From: an uncultured Lachnospiraceae bacterium
GTDB lineage: Bacteria; Bacillota; Clostridia; Lachnospirales; Lachnospiraceae
Assembly (NCBI GenBank): GCA_902793685.1
Contig: CADBEN010000002.1
Span: forward strand, 129,904 to 193,903
Length of the DNA stretch: 64,000 nt
Direction: 5' to 3'
Both the position numbers and the translations under genes were made by a program. The stretch's first letter is position 1. The number at the start of each line of letters is the position of its first letter. The notes below the pieces were generated by a model that was not told where the DNA came from, ran no database searches, and was given only the letters and a program-made list of their open reading frames with translations. Shown here piece after piece: positions 1 to 7,879 of the stretch.

Positions 1-101
1 AAACGGGATTTTTACGCAAATATCAGAAAAAACATTGCCGCTTTTTCCTGGAAATTGCCCGAAAGCCCCGGAACAGTGTCTGCGGGTGCCGGTCCCGCGG
101 G

Positions 102-1394
102 TCACCGCTCCAGCTTTTTCCGGAGATTCCCCGCCGCGAGAGCCCTTGCTTCCTGATAGATCTTTTCCACGTCCTCGTCCATGTTCTCAAGCTCGCTTTC
201 CTCCAGGTCCTTCAGCCCCAGGTCCAGCGTATCCACCACCGGCTTCGCCTGCGGGGTAAGTTCCGCGGTGGCCGGCTTTCCGAATTCCAGCTTCACATAG
301 CCCCGGAAAGCGAGCCGCTCGATCAGCGCGGCGAGGAGCATCGGGGACAGCCCCACATAATCCGCGGCTTCCTGCATTGTCCCGATATGACCGAAGGTCC
401 TGAGATACAGAAAAAGCTTCAGATCCCGCGGGTCAAGACCATACTGCTGGGATGCCGTGCGGATGATGCGGTCCAGCATCCGCTGTTCGTAATACATTCT
501 CTCCCAGCAGCTGCTGACCTGCGGTTCCTGGCTGACCAGGACCCTCTCCTCCCCGAGCTTCTTCGTGCCGGGAAGTCCCGGGATCGCGCCGTCGTCATGG
601 GCGTAGTCGATCAGGAAGCTGTAGATCTCCGGCCGCTTCTGGGCGTACTCGTATTCGTCGTAGATCTTCTCATAGAAGCGGTTGTAGTACTCGATCACGT
701 TGAGCTTCATCTGGACGATCTTCCCGATCTTCATCCCCTGCTGCACAAGAGAGCCTTCGGTCTTCACATAGTAATAGACCGGGACCCGCAGGACGTACAC
801 GTTCTCCACATGCAGAAGATATTCCAGATTGAAGATAAAATCTTCGCACCATTTCAGGCTTGCGTCCATCCGGAGTCCGAAGGACTCGATCAGGTCCCGC
901 CGGAAGAATTTGTTCCAGATGACCCCGTAATAATAGTCCGCCGGGCTCTTCGCCATATAGTCCGCGAACTCGTTCCGGGTGATCAGGCCCTCCTCCTCAA
1001 TGGAGCCCTTCCGGGATATGCGGTCGCCGACCACCCGGTAGAAATCCGCGATGACCATGTCCGCATGGGAGGTCTCGATGTGGTACACAAAAAGCCTGGT
1101 GGCCTCAGGGACGATCCAGTCATCCGCGTCGAGGAACTGGATATACTCTCCGCGGGCCATGTCCAGCGCCTGGTTCCGCGTATCGCTGACGCCGGAATTC
1201 TCCTTGTGGACCACCCTGACCCTGCCGTCCATGGAAGCGTATTCGTCACAGATCGCACCGGAGGAATCCTTGCTTCCGTCATCCATGAGGAGGAGTTCGA
1301 AATCCCGGAACTCCTGTGCGAGAATACTGTCCACGCAGCGGCGCAGCACTGCTTCTGCATTGTACACCGGGACGATAATACTTACTTTCGGCAT
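102..1394 (-). CDS. Family 2 glycosyltransferase fused to a C-terminal MarR-like winged-helix domain
   Basis: 430-aa ORF with an AAGGAG SD before the ATG. N-terminal GT-A motifs are VSIIVPVYNAE, DDGSKD and DADD. The last ~120 aa (LKLFLYLRTFGHIGTMQEAADYVGLSPMLLAALIERLAFRGYVKLE...) read like a MarR-type wHTH. Confidence 0.8.
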   Translation of the reverse strand: MPKVSIIVPVYNAEAVLRRCVDSILAQEFRDFELLLMDDGSKDSSGAICDEYASMDGRVRVVHKENSGVSDTRNQALDMARGEYIQFLDADDWIVPEATRLFVYHIETSHADMVIADFYRVVGDRISRKGSIEEEGLITRNEFADYMAKSPADYYYGVIWNKFFRRDLIESFGLRMDASLKWCEDFIFNLEYLLHVENVYVLRVPVYYYVKTEGSLVQQGMKIGKIVQMKLNVIEYYNRFYEKIYDEYEYAQKRPEIYSFLIDYAHDDGAIPGLPGTKKLGEERVLVSQEPQVSSCWERMYYEQRMLDRIIRTASQQYGLDPRDLKLFLYLRTFGHIGTMQEAADYVGLSPMLLAALIERLAFRGYVKLEFGKPATAELTPQAKPVVDTLDLGLKDLEESELENMDEDVEKIYQEARALAAGNLRKKLER

Positions 1395-1442
1395 AATACC
1401 ATCTCCTTAAGATTATCTCATCGGGGACTTCCCCCGTTGAGA

Positions 1443-2843
1443 TCAGAATCTTCCTGCGTGTTTCGGCATCCATCCATGCCCGAGACACCAGCGCAGATCC
1501 CATCCGGCCTTCCAGAAAGCCGCTCCGGAATAAACACTTTCCGGATCCAGCTTCCAGCTCCAGTAACACCAGCCGGCCGCTTCCCGCCAGGATGCCAGTT
1601 CCAGCTTCGCGACCTCTCTCACGCGCCTCCGCCGCTCTGCGGCGGTTCCTTCCGGGAGCTCAGGATGTACACTTTCCTTCTTCCTTCCGAAAGCTTCCTG
1701 TCCGAAGGTTTCCATGCCGAGAAGCTTCTCAGCCTCCTGCCGGAGCTTCTCCGCCTCACGCTTTGTATCCCTGCGGAGTTTTTCCGCCTCGTACTCCGCC
1801 TTCTCCAGCGCCCGCGCGGCAGCATTCACGCCCGGATTTCCGGCGGGCTCCAGCTTCCGGTGTCTTTTCCCGAATTTCCGGAAGCCCGGCAGGTCATGGG
1901 TCCAGTGATTGCAGACGCACCATTCCCCGATCAGCACCGGGATAAAACGCTGCAGTTTCCGGATCCTTGCCCTCTGGAACGCAAGATAGACCCGGTATGC
2001 CCAGGGCCTGTGGAACGGAACGAACATCTCCATGGCCCAGATGTAGGGATGCATGTCAAGATACACGTTTTTCATCTTCTCCCGGCGGAAAAAGAGCCGC
2101 CAGGGGCCGTAGCGGAAGCCGTCATGAAACACGACAGCCTTGTCCTCCGGAAGCACTGCACGGAGCCGTGCGTAGGCTCTGCGGTAAAAGGCCCGGAGAA
2201 ATTCCGTGGGGACCGCCTCGGATCCTGCGGCCTCTTCCGGATCCACCGCCATCCGCGTGCTCTCCGCAAAGCGCCAAACAATATGGCTGATGGGCTCGTT
2301 CACCACCTCGATCCCGAACAGACCGTCCCGTTTTCCGTACCGCTTCCCCAGGCGCTCCAGCACCGAAAGCACGTACTCCACGTCATCGTCATTCCGGTGC
2401 CAGCGGCAGACGCCGACGATCCCGCCGTTGTCATAGCCGTTCTGTCCGCCCGGGACTGTGTGGAGATCGATCAGGATCCGCAGGCCGTACCGCTCCGCCC
2501 AGACAAAGGCCCGGTCCAGATACTTGATGCAGCCGGGCAGACCTTCCCGGTCCCCGAACACATAGTAAGGGACAGGGATCCGGACGAGACTTAGCTCTGC
2601 GGCCGCGATCCTCCGGAAATCTTCTTCTGTCACGTAAGTCTCCCGGTGTTCCCGGAGCCGTTCGGAGAGTTCCGGGAACCGGCGCATTCTCCGGTAATAC
2701 CAGGCCTCGTCCTCCGCGTCCGTCCCGGCGAACATCGCAGGCTGCATCCACTTTTCCAGGACCAGCCAGTTCCCGAGATTGGTTCCGCGCAGTTTTTCCC
2801 CGGCGCCGGTATCAGGGGTTTTCGACCAGGTCATAGACCACAT
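1443..2843 (-). CDS. Glycoside hydrolase family 5 (exo-beta-1,3-glucanase-like), apparently cytoplasmic
   Basis: 466-aa ORF with a GGAGGAG SD. GH5 hallmarks are NLGNWLVLEKWM, acid/base VVNEP and nucleophile IGEW. No signal peptide. A Lys/Glu/Arg-rich insertion follows the nucleophile strand. The 5' end overlaps the upstream ORF by 32 nt. Confidence 0.75.
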   Translation of the reverse strand: MWSMTWSKTPDTGAGEKLRGTNLGNWLVLEKWMQPAMFAGTDAEDEAWYYRRMRRFPELSERLREHRETYVTEEDFRRIAAAELSLVRIPVPYYVFGDREGLPGCIKYLDRAFVWAERYGLRILIDLHTVPGGQNGYDNGGIVGVCRWHRNDDDVEYVLSVLERLGKRYGKRDGLFGIEVVNEPISHIVWRFAESTRMAVDPEEAAGSEAVPTEFLRAFYRRAYARLRAVLPEDKAVVFHDGFRYGPWRLFFRREKMKNVYLDMHPYIWAMEMFVPFHRPWAYRVYLAFQRARIRKLQRFIPVLIGEWCVCNHWTHDLPGFRKFGKRHRKLEPAGNPGVNAAARALEKAEYEAEKLRRDTKREAEKLRQEAEKLLGMETFGQEAFGRKKESVHPELPEGTAAERRRRVREVAKLELASWREAAGWCYWSWKLDPESVYSGAAFWKAGWDLRWCLGHGWMPKHAGRF

Positions 2844-3459
2844 AGCGCTCCTCCGTGACCGTCATCAGGCATCGGTTGACCGGGTCCCAGCAGAGCCGGA
2901 GTACATCGCCCCCGTACTCGTAGCCGTAGGTCCCGTCGGAAAGTCTGGAGAATTCGCGGTAGACCTCGACCTCCGGTCCGGAATTGTAGACCATACGGTA
3001 GACCGCTTCCTGCGCCGCGCGGTGTCCTCCCGTGATCCGCAGATAGGATGTAAAGGAGTGCTCTGTGCCGATCCGCTCACCGTAATTGTAGACGATATAG
3101 CTCTGCTTATACTCTCCCTCCGGCATATCCCGGATCGAGCCCTTCTCTTCCTCTCCGGTGATCTGCCCATGCTGCACCACGCCGTCCTCGACCCACTGTC
3201 CGTCTTCGTTCACCTGGTATCCGTCCGGGGTCACCGCGGACGTCAGCAGCCAGCCGCCCCGGTCAAAGTAATAGTACTCTCCGGTCCCGTCCTTGTCTCC
3301 GTCGATCAGAAGCCAGCCGGAGGCGTAGCTCCCGTTGTCCTTGATGTACTTCCATTCCTCTTTGCGCACCTTGCCTCTGGTCCAGGTTCCGGCAAAGACA
3401 GTCGTCGGGATCATCAGTGCGGCGGTCAGGGCCAGCGCGGCGATTCTTCCTGCTTTCAT
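2812..3459 (-). CDS. Secreted protein with cell-wall-binding repeats and an unassigned C-terminal domain
   Basis: Signal peptide MKAGRIAALALTAALMIPTTVFA. GW...YYFD and TPDGYQVNEDGQW repeat motifs. About 110 aa of unrecognised C-terminal sequence. Confidence 0.7.
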   Translation of the reverse strand: MKAGRIAALALTAALMIPTTVFAGTWTRGKVRKEEWKYIKDNGSYASGWLLIDGDKDGTGEYYYFDRGGWLLTSAVTPDGYQVNEDGQWVEDGVVQHGQITGEEEKGSIRDMPEGEYKQSYIVYNYGERIGTEHSFTSYLRITGGHRAAQEAVYRMVYNSGPEVEVYREFSRLSDGTYGYEYGGDVLRLCWDPVNRCLMTVTEERYVVYDLVENP

Positions 3460-3666
3460 AAGTTTCCTTTCTCAAAATATCAGGCCGGTTTCCGGTTTCC
3501 GTTTTCCCTACTTTACACTCTTTTGCGCAAAGAATCAAACCGAAAGGGGCCCGGGAATCCCGCCTGCAGTTTTTTATGAAAAGACTGTGAACTCACTGGC
3601 GCTTTCCCCACGCCGATATTATAATCTCTGATAACAAACGACAGATAACAGAAAGGACCCCTGTAA

Positions 3667-4206
3667 GTGCACAGATCATCTGAGAAAAGGCGGCCGATGA
3701 AAAAGGAATATTACGATTATCTGGTAGAGCGCTGTCCTCAGGCAAAAGAGATCCTGGAGGATCCGCAGTACCTTGCGCTGGAAAAGATCCCGCGCCATTT
3801 TTACTCCAATACGCTGGAGCACAGTGTGCACGTCGCGCTCCTCATGGGCTGGCTTGCGGAACGCCACCACGGCGACGTCGCTTCCTGTATCAAGGTGGGA
3901 CTGCTTCACGATATGTGCTTTGTAAATTACCGGGAAGAGAACGACCATCCGGGTTTGTACTGCTTCTATCATCCGGAGGAAGCCATCGAGAACGGAGACG
4001 CTTCCTACGGACTGAACGAGCATGAGACCCTTTCGATCCGCTGCCACATGTGGCCCCTGGCTTTCCACATGCCCGCCAGCCGGATGGCTGTGGCTCTCAC
4101 CCTGACGGACAAAGTGACTGCGGTCTACGAGGTCCTCTACGGCATGAAACGGGTCAGCCGCACGGTGCGCCGTTTCGCGGAGCGGGTGATGCCGGAGTTC
4201 CGGTGA
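3667..4206 (+). CDS. HD-domain phosphohydrolase
   Basis: 179-aa ORF containing HSVHVA...GLLHDM (H...HD metal motif). GTG start at 3667, with an alternative ATG at 3697. Followed by a strong intrinsic terminator. Confidence 0.75.
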   Translation: MHRSSEKRRPMKKEYYDYLVERCPQAKEILEDPQYLALEKIPRHFYSNTLEHSVHVALLMGWLAERHHGDVASCIKVGLLHDMCFVNYREENDHPGLYCFYHPEEAIENGDASYGLNEHETLSIRCHMWPLAFHMPASRMAVALTLTDKVTAVYEVLYGMKRVSRTVRRFAERVMPEFR

Positions 4207-4237
4207 TCCCGGGCCTTGTCTTCAAAGATACGAATAC

Positions 4238-4272
4238 GCCGGCTGAGATGATTCTCAGCCGGCGCTTTTTTT
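4238..4272 (+). terminator. Rho-independent terminator after the HD gene
   Basis: Perfect 11-bp stem GCCGGCTGAGA / TCTCAGCCGGC, 4-nt loop, then GC plus T7. Confidence 0.8.
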
Positions 4273-4285
4273 GCTTTCCTGTTCT

Positions 4286-4324
4286 TTATATCTCTGTTCT
4301 TTTCTTTTGTTCTTTTCTTTTGTT
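4286..4324. repeat. 13-nt tandem repeat, three copies (third imperfect)
   Basis: GTTCTTTTCTTTT x3, in the convergent intergenic region between the terminator and the 4331 ORF stop. Confidence 0.8.
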
Positions 4325-4330
4325 CTTTTC

Positions 4331-4807
4331 TTATCCTTCTTCGGCTCTCCGCTTCGCTGCCTTCCGGCGCTCGGCGACGTTCTTTTTCTTAACCTCCGCG
4401 GCATGCTCACGCCACTCGGCAAGAAGCTCCGCGAATTCCGCCGTCGGCAGCTCGCAGATCCTCGGCGCCTTTTCTCCCGACTTTTCTTCCGCCCCTTCTT
4501 CCCCGGCCGTCTTTTCTTCTTCCGTCTTTTCTTCTTCCGCCTCCTCTTCGTCCTCCGTATTCCGATAGACGATGACAGACTCAGGCGTGATCACGGCCGT
4601 GCAGAGATTCCCGGTAAACTCGGTCTGTCCCATCGCTGCCTGCGCCTGTTCCAGCGCCTCCGCGATCTCCGCGCCGAACACTCCGGCCTCGGAATTCAGG
4701 AACAGCGCCAGCGGGCCGTACTGCGGATCCTCAAAGCGGACCGCCAGGCGGTATTTTTTTGTCCTTTTCCCCTGAAGGATAACTTCCTCAAAGCTGTATC
4801 CCTGCAT
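4331..4807 (-). CDS. Hypothetical acidic cytoplasmic protein; candidate immunity protein for the upstream EndoU-family protein
   Basis: 158-aa ORF that starts 2 nt after the stop of the EndoU ORF. It has a central Glu-rich linker and a basic C-terminal tail. I recognise no family. Confidence 0.55.
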   Translation of the reverse strand: MQGYSFEEVILQGKRTKKYRLAVRFEDPQYGPLALFLNSEAGVFGAEIAEALEQAQAAMGQTEFTGNLCTAVITPESVIVYRNTEDEEEAEEEKTEEEKTAGEEGAEEKSGEKAPRICELPTAEFAELLAEWREHAAEVKKKNVAERRKAAKRRAEEG

Positions 4808-4809
4808 TG

Positions 4810-5454
4810 TCAGTCCTCCATGACCGGATATGCGGTCGTGATCTTTCCCTTTTTCGTCATATACATGTCGATCTCTATCCCGTCGTCTGTGATGCCTGCG
4901 TACAGATCATTCCCGATGAGCTCGGCGTTTTCGTAAGCCTGATTGATGGCATCCACCACGTCCTGCGGCGTCATGTAGAGGGGATAAAAGGTGGAATAGC
5001 CCTTGTTCCCGGTCTTTTTCACACCGTCCACCTCTACCTTTCCTCTGTAGACTCCGTGGATGTCCGGCTTGCTGCGGGTCCCCTCGATCACTCTGCCCGG
5101 AGAATCCTCGATCCCCTCATAATGGTATCCTGTGCCGACGCCGCGGCTGTTGATCTCCCCGAGGAAGATGTGGTCGATGGCCGACCTTGTGAAGTTTTTC
5201 GTGTTCTTAAGCTTCTTCAGATCCGCCGCGGTCCAGCCGCCCTCCGCGGCCGGTGCCGTCTCCGCCGGCTTTGTCTCCGCAGGAACAGTCTCCTCCGGTT
5301 TCGTCTCCGCAGGAACAGTCTCCGCGGCGGAAGACGCCGCCACGGTCTGGAGAGCCGCCGTGGTCTCCTTCGGGCTGTCTCCCGGCTTCCTTGTGATCAG
5401 AAAAACAGCGAGTATAAGGATGACAAAAAGTATCCGCCTGACATCAACTCTCAT
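4810..5454 (-). CDS. Membrane-anchored/secreted bacterial EndoU-family ribonuclease domain protein
   Basis: N-terminal signal-anchor RRILFVILILAVFLI. Repeated ETVPAETKP linker. C-terminal motifs DHIFLGE, GTGYHYEG, KGYSTFYP and ITTAYP fit my recollection of the EndoU_bacteria H-H-K fold. GGAGG SD. Confidence 0.7.
   Translation of the reverse strand: MRVDVRRILFVILILAVFLITRKPGDSPKETTAALQTVAASSAAETVPAETKPEETVPAETKPAETAPAAEGGWTAADLKKLKNTKNFTRSAIDHIFLGEINSRGVGTGYHYEGIEDSPGRVIEGTRSKPDIHGVYRGKVEVDGVKKTGNKGYSTFYPLYMTPQDVVDAINQAYENAELIGNDLYAGITDDGIEIDMYMTKKGKITTAYPVMED
5264..5323. repeat. 30-nt tandem duplication inside the EndoU gene linker
   Basis: Two units share an identical 21-mer, GTCTCCGCAGGAACAGTCTCC. 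They encode ETVPAETKP(E/A). Confidence 0.8.
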
Positions 5455-5484
5455 AGGGTTTCCTCCGGATCCGTGCGTTCATTT

Positions 5485-5520
5485 GGAAAAGAAGCCCGGA
5501 AGGCTTCGCTTCCGGGCTTC
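5485..5520 (-). terminator. Rho-independent terminator after 5567..6214; it also lies in the 5' leader of the EndoU operon
   Basis: Perfect 12-bp stem GAAGCCCGGAAG / CTTCCGGGCTTC, 6-nt loop, followed on the minus strand by TTTTCC. Confidence 0.7.
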
Positions 5521-5531
5521 CTCTGGATTCT

Positions 5532-5560
5532 ATTTTACCGTTAATTCCCCTGCCGCACAA
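5532..5560 (-). promoter_or_regulatory. Candidate promoter upstream of the EndoU operon leader
   Basis: Minus strand: TTGTGC, 17 nt, TAAAAT. It sits between the stop of 5567..6214 and the terminator hairpin. Confidence 0.4.
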
Positions 5561-5566
5561 GGGCGC

Positions 5567-6214
5567 TCACTTCTTGTAATACCAGCCGTCGTACCAGCTG
5601 CCTACATAGGAGCCGTTCTTATCGTAGGTCTGGACCCAGATCTCGGTGGCATCGCCGTCGATGTTCAGCCGGTGATATGCCGTCGGGTTGCCGCTCTGGT
5701 CAAAGTAGTTGTTTACGTACAGGGCGTGGGTGTTCTCATCCACCGCGCCGCTGAGGTAGGATGTGTTCCAGCCGTCCTCGCTGTAGCAGTAGAACTGCAC
5801 CGCGACCTGATTTCCGCCTGCCGCATCCAGATTGACGGTGCGTCCGTCCTCCGCCTTGTAAAGGCCGTTCATCCAGGCATAGATCCGGGAGGACGCGTCA
5901 TAGGTGTATCCCTGTTCTTCCGCGGACATGGTCACGACCCTGCCGCCGTCCGTCCACTGGCCGTCCGCGTTCACCGGAAGGCCGTCCGGGGTCATGGTGT
6001 TTACCAGAAGGTAGCCGCTGGCGTCAAAATAATAGCACTCCGCGACACCGTCATGGTTTCCGTCGATCCACTTCCAGCCGTTGGCCGCCCAGGTACCGTC
6101 CCCGTTGTCATACCACCAGCCGACACTGTTCTTTTTCCACGTTCCTGCGAATGCCGGTACGCAAAGTGCTGCGGAAAGCACTGCTGCAAGCATCATTCCA
6201 ATCAGTTTTTTCAT
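5567..6214 (-). CDS. Secreted protein with cell-wall-binding repeats and an unassigned C-terminal domain (paralog of 2812..3459)
   Basis: Start trimmed to MKKLIGMMLAAVLSAALCVPAFA (signal peptide, GAGGAGG SD). Motifs GWKWIDGNHDGVAECYYFD and TPDGLPVNADGQW. Confidence 0.75.
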   Translation of the reverse strand: MKKLIGMMLAAVLSAALCVPAFAGTWKKNSVGWWYDNGDGTWAANGWKWIDGNHDGVAECYYFDASGYLLVNTMTPDGLPVNADGQWTDGGRVVTMSAEEQGYTYDASSRIYAWMNGLYKAEDGRTVNLDAAGGNQVAVQFYCYSEDGWNTSYLSGAVDENTHALYVNNYFDQSGNPTAYHRLNIDGDATEIWVQTYDKNGSYVGSWYDGWYYKK

Positions 6215-6326
6215 ATTCAGGACCTCCTCGGAAAGAATCATGGTGTTATTATCATTATCTCATAACTCCTGCCGCTTCAGCAATCCCGGAGTTCCGTCCG
6301 ATGCGGTGTTTTCTCCGCAATGGTGT

Positions 6327-7040
6327 TTACTCCGCGGCGGATCTCACATACTCAAAGCGCATCCATCCGTTCTCGATGATCATCGCCGTCAAATTCCCGC
6401 CGAAGCCGCAGCCCGTGTGGATCGCCATCATCCCCCGCTTCGGGAGGTCGAACCAGGTGCCGTACTGCGGGTGGAACCTGCTCTCCCCGCGGGAGCCGTC
6501 CAGATAGGTCGGCACCTCGACCTGGGTATGGCCGACGACCGCAAGCTTTCCGTCGTAATCATTGTACAGGACGCCGTCGCATCCCCAGATAAAGGTATCC
6601 CTGGAGTTGTTCCATACGATCTCGTCCCGGATATCCCCGTGGACAGCGATGAAATCCTGGTCCTCGAACCAGGTCCGGGTATTATCCCGGAGCCAGGCGC
6701 CGGCACTCCCCGTGCTGTGCCGGTATTCCTTGAAGGACTTCAGCGTCTCCTTCCCTCCGCTGTCTTTCCAGAGAAAACGGTTCGCCATCTGCCCCCTTGT
6801 CAGCAGTTCGGAATCCATGAACATCTGCTCATGGTTCCCGCGGAGACAGATGAGTCTCCGCTTCATATCTTCCTGAAGCTCTCTCACATAAAGATAGACG
6901 CCGCAGGAATCCGGCCCGTAATCCATCAGGTTCCCGAGCAGGACCAGCTGGTCTGTCTCCCGGTTCAGTCCGACGGACCAGAGCAGCGTTTTCAGGGCAT
7001 CCAGGTGCCCGTGCACATCCCCCACCAATATCGTTCTCAT
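6327..7040 (-). CDS. Metallophosphoesterase (PPP-family Ser/Thr phosphatase / ApaH-like)
   Basis: Motifs GDVHGH, GNLMDYGPDS and LRGNHE. Confidence 0.8.
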   Translation of the reverse strand: MRTILVGDVHGHLDALKTLLWSVGLNRETDQLVLLGNLMDYGPDSCGVYLYVRELQEDMKRRLICLRGNHEQMFMDSELLTRGQMANRFLWKDSGGKETLKSFKEYRHSTGSAGAWLRDNTRTWFEDQDFIAVHGDIRDEIVWNNSRDTFIWGCDGVLYNDYDGKLAVVGHTQVEVPTYLDGSRGESRFHPQYGTWFDLPKRGMMAIHTGCGFGGNLTAMIIENGWMRFEYVRSAAE

Positions 7041-7053
7041 AAGGATCTCCGGT

Positions 7054-7863
7054 TTATTTCAGGTCGATTTCCCCACGGAAGACCTCCGTCGCTTCCCCGG
7101 TCATGAAAAGATGGCCGTCCTCCCCGAGAGTGATCTCCAGATCGCCGCCCAGAAGATGGATGGTCACGTCCTTGTCGCAGAGTCCCGAGACCATGGTCGC
7201 ATAGGCACTGGCCGTCGCGCCGGTGCCGCAGGCCAGCGTCTCTCCGCTGCCCCGTTCCCAGACGCGCATCCACAGGTTTTTCCGGTCCTCCACAAAGATG
7301 AACTCCGAATTTACGCCTTCAGGAAACCGCGGATGATGTTCGTAGCCCGGACCGATCTTCGTGAGTTCCAGGGACATGAGGATCTCCTTCGACGGGACGT
7401 AGTAGACCGCGTGCGGGTTGCCGACATCGACCGCGATCATCTCCTTCTCCTCCCCGTTCACGGTGATCTTCTCCGGAACAGGACCGGTCAGCTTCGCCGT
7501 TCCCATGTCCACCGTCACCGTCTCGCAGACGCCGTTCTTCGCGTGGATCTTCAGCGTACGGACGCCGGCAGGACTCTCCATGGTGATCTCGTCCTTCCGG
7601 CAGATGCCGTGGTCATAGACATACTTTCCCACGCAGCGGGAGCCGTTCCCGCACATCTTTCCTTCCGACCCGTCGGCATTGAACATACGCATGCGCACAT
7701 CGCAGGTCTCCGAAGGGCAGATCAGGATGAGGCCGTCGGAGCCGATGCCGAAGTGCCGGTCGCTGACATAAACAGCGGCTGCGGCGGGGTCTGCCACCGT
7801 CTCCTCAAAACAGTTCACGTAGACATAGTCGTTACCGATGCCGTGCATTTTTGTGAATTTCAA
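7054..7863 (-). CDS. dapF: Diaminopimelate epimerase
   Basis: MKFTKMHGIGNDYVYV N-terminus and two catalytic-Cys contexts (MCGNGSRC, LACGTGA). The start codon is TTG, preceded by AAAGGAAA. Confidence 0.9.
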   Translation of the reverse strand: MKFTKMHGIGNDYVYVNCFEETVADPAAAAVYVSDRHFGIGSDGLILICPSETCDVRMRMFNADGSEGKMCGNGSRCVGKYVYDHGICRKDEITMESPAGVRTLKIHAKNGVCETVTVDMGTAKLTGPVPEKITVNGEEKEMIAVDVGNPHAVYYVPSKEILMSLELTKIGPGYEHHPRFPEGVNSEFIFVEDRKNLWMRVWERGSGETLACGTGATASAYATMVSGLCDKDVTIHLLGGDLEITLGEDGHLFMTGEATEVFRGEIDLK

Positions 7864-7879
7864 GTCCGTGTTTCCTTTC

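Noticed and set aside
387-2594. 735-aa ORF on the plus strand.
   Set aside because: It lies antisense to the GT2-MarR and GH5 genes. It is Pro/Arg/His-rich and shows no motifs. Shadow ORF.
4286-4324. Short tandem repeats checked as a possible CRISPR array. The repeats at 5264-5323, 48024-48083 and 56761-56952 were checked for the same reason.
   Set aside because: The units are 13-48 nt with no unique spacers, or they lie inside coding regions as in-frame peptide repeats. No cas genes are present.
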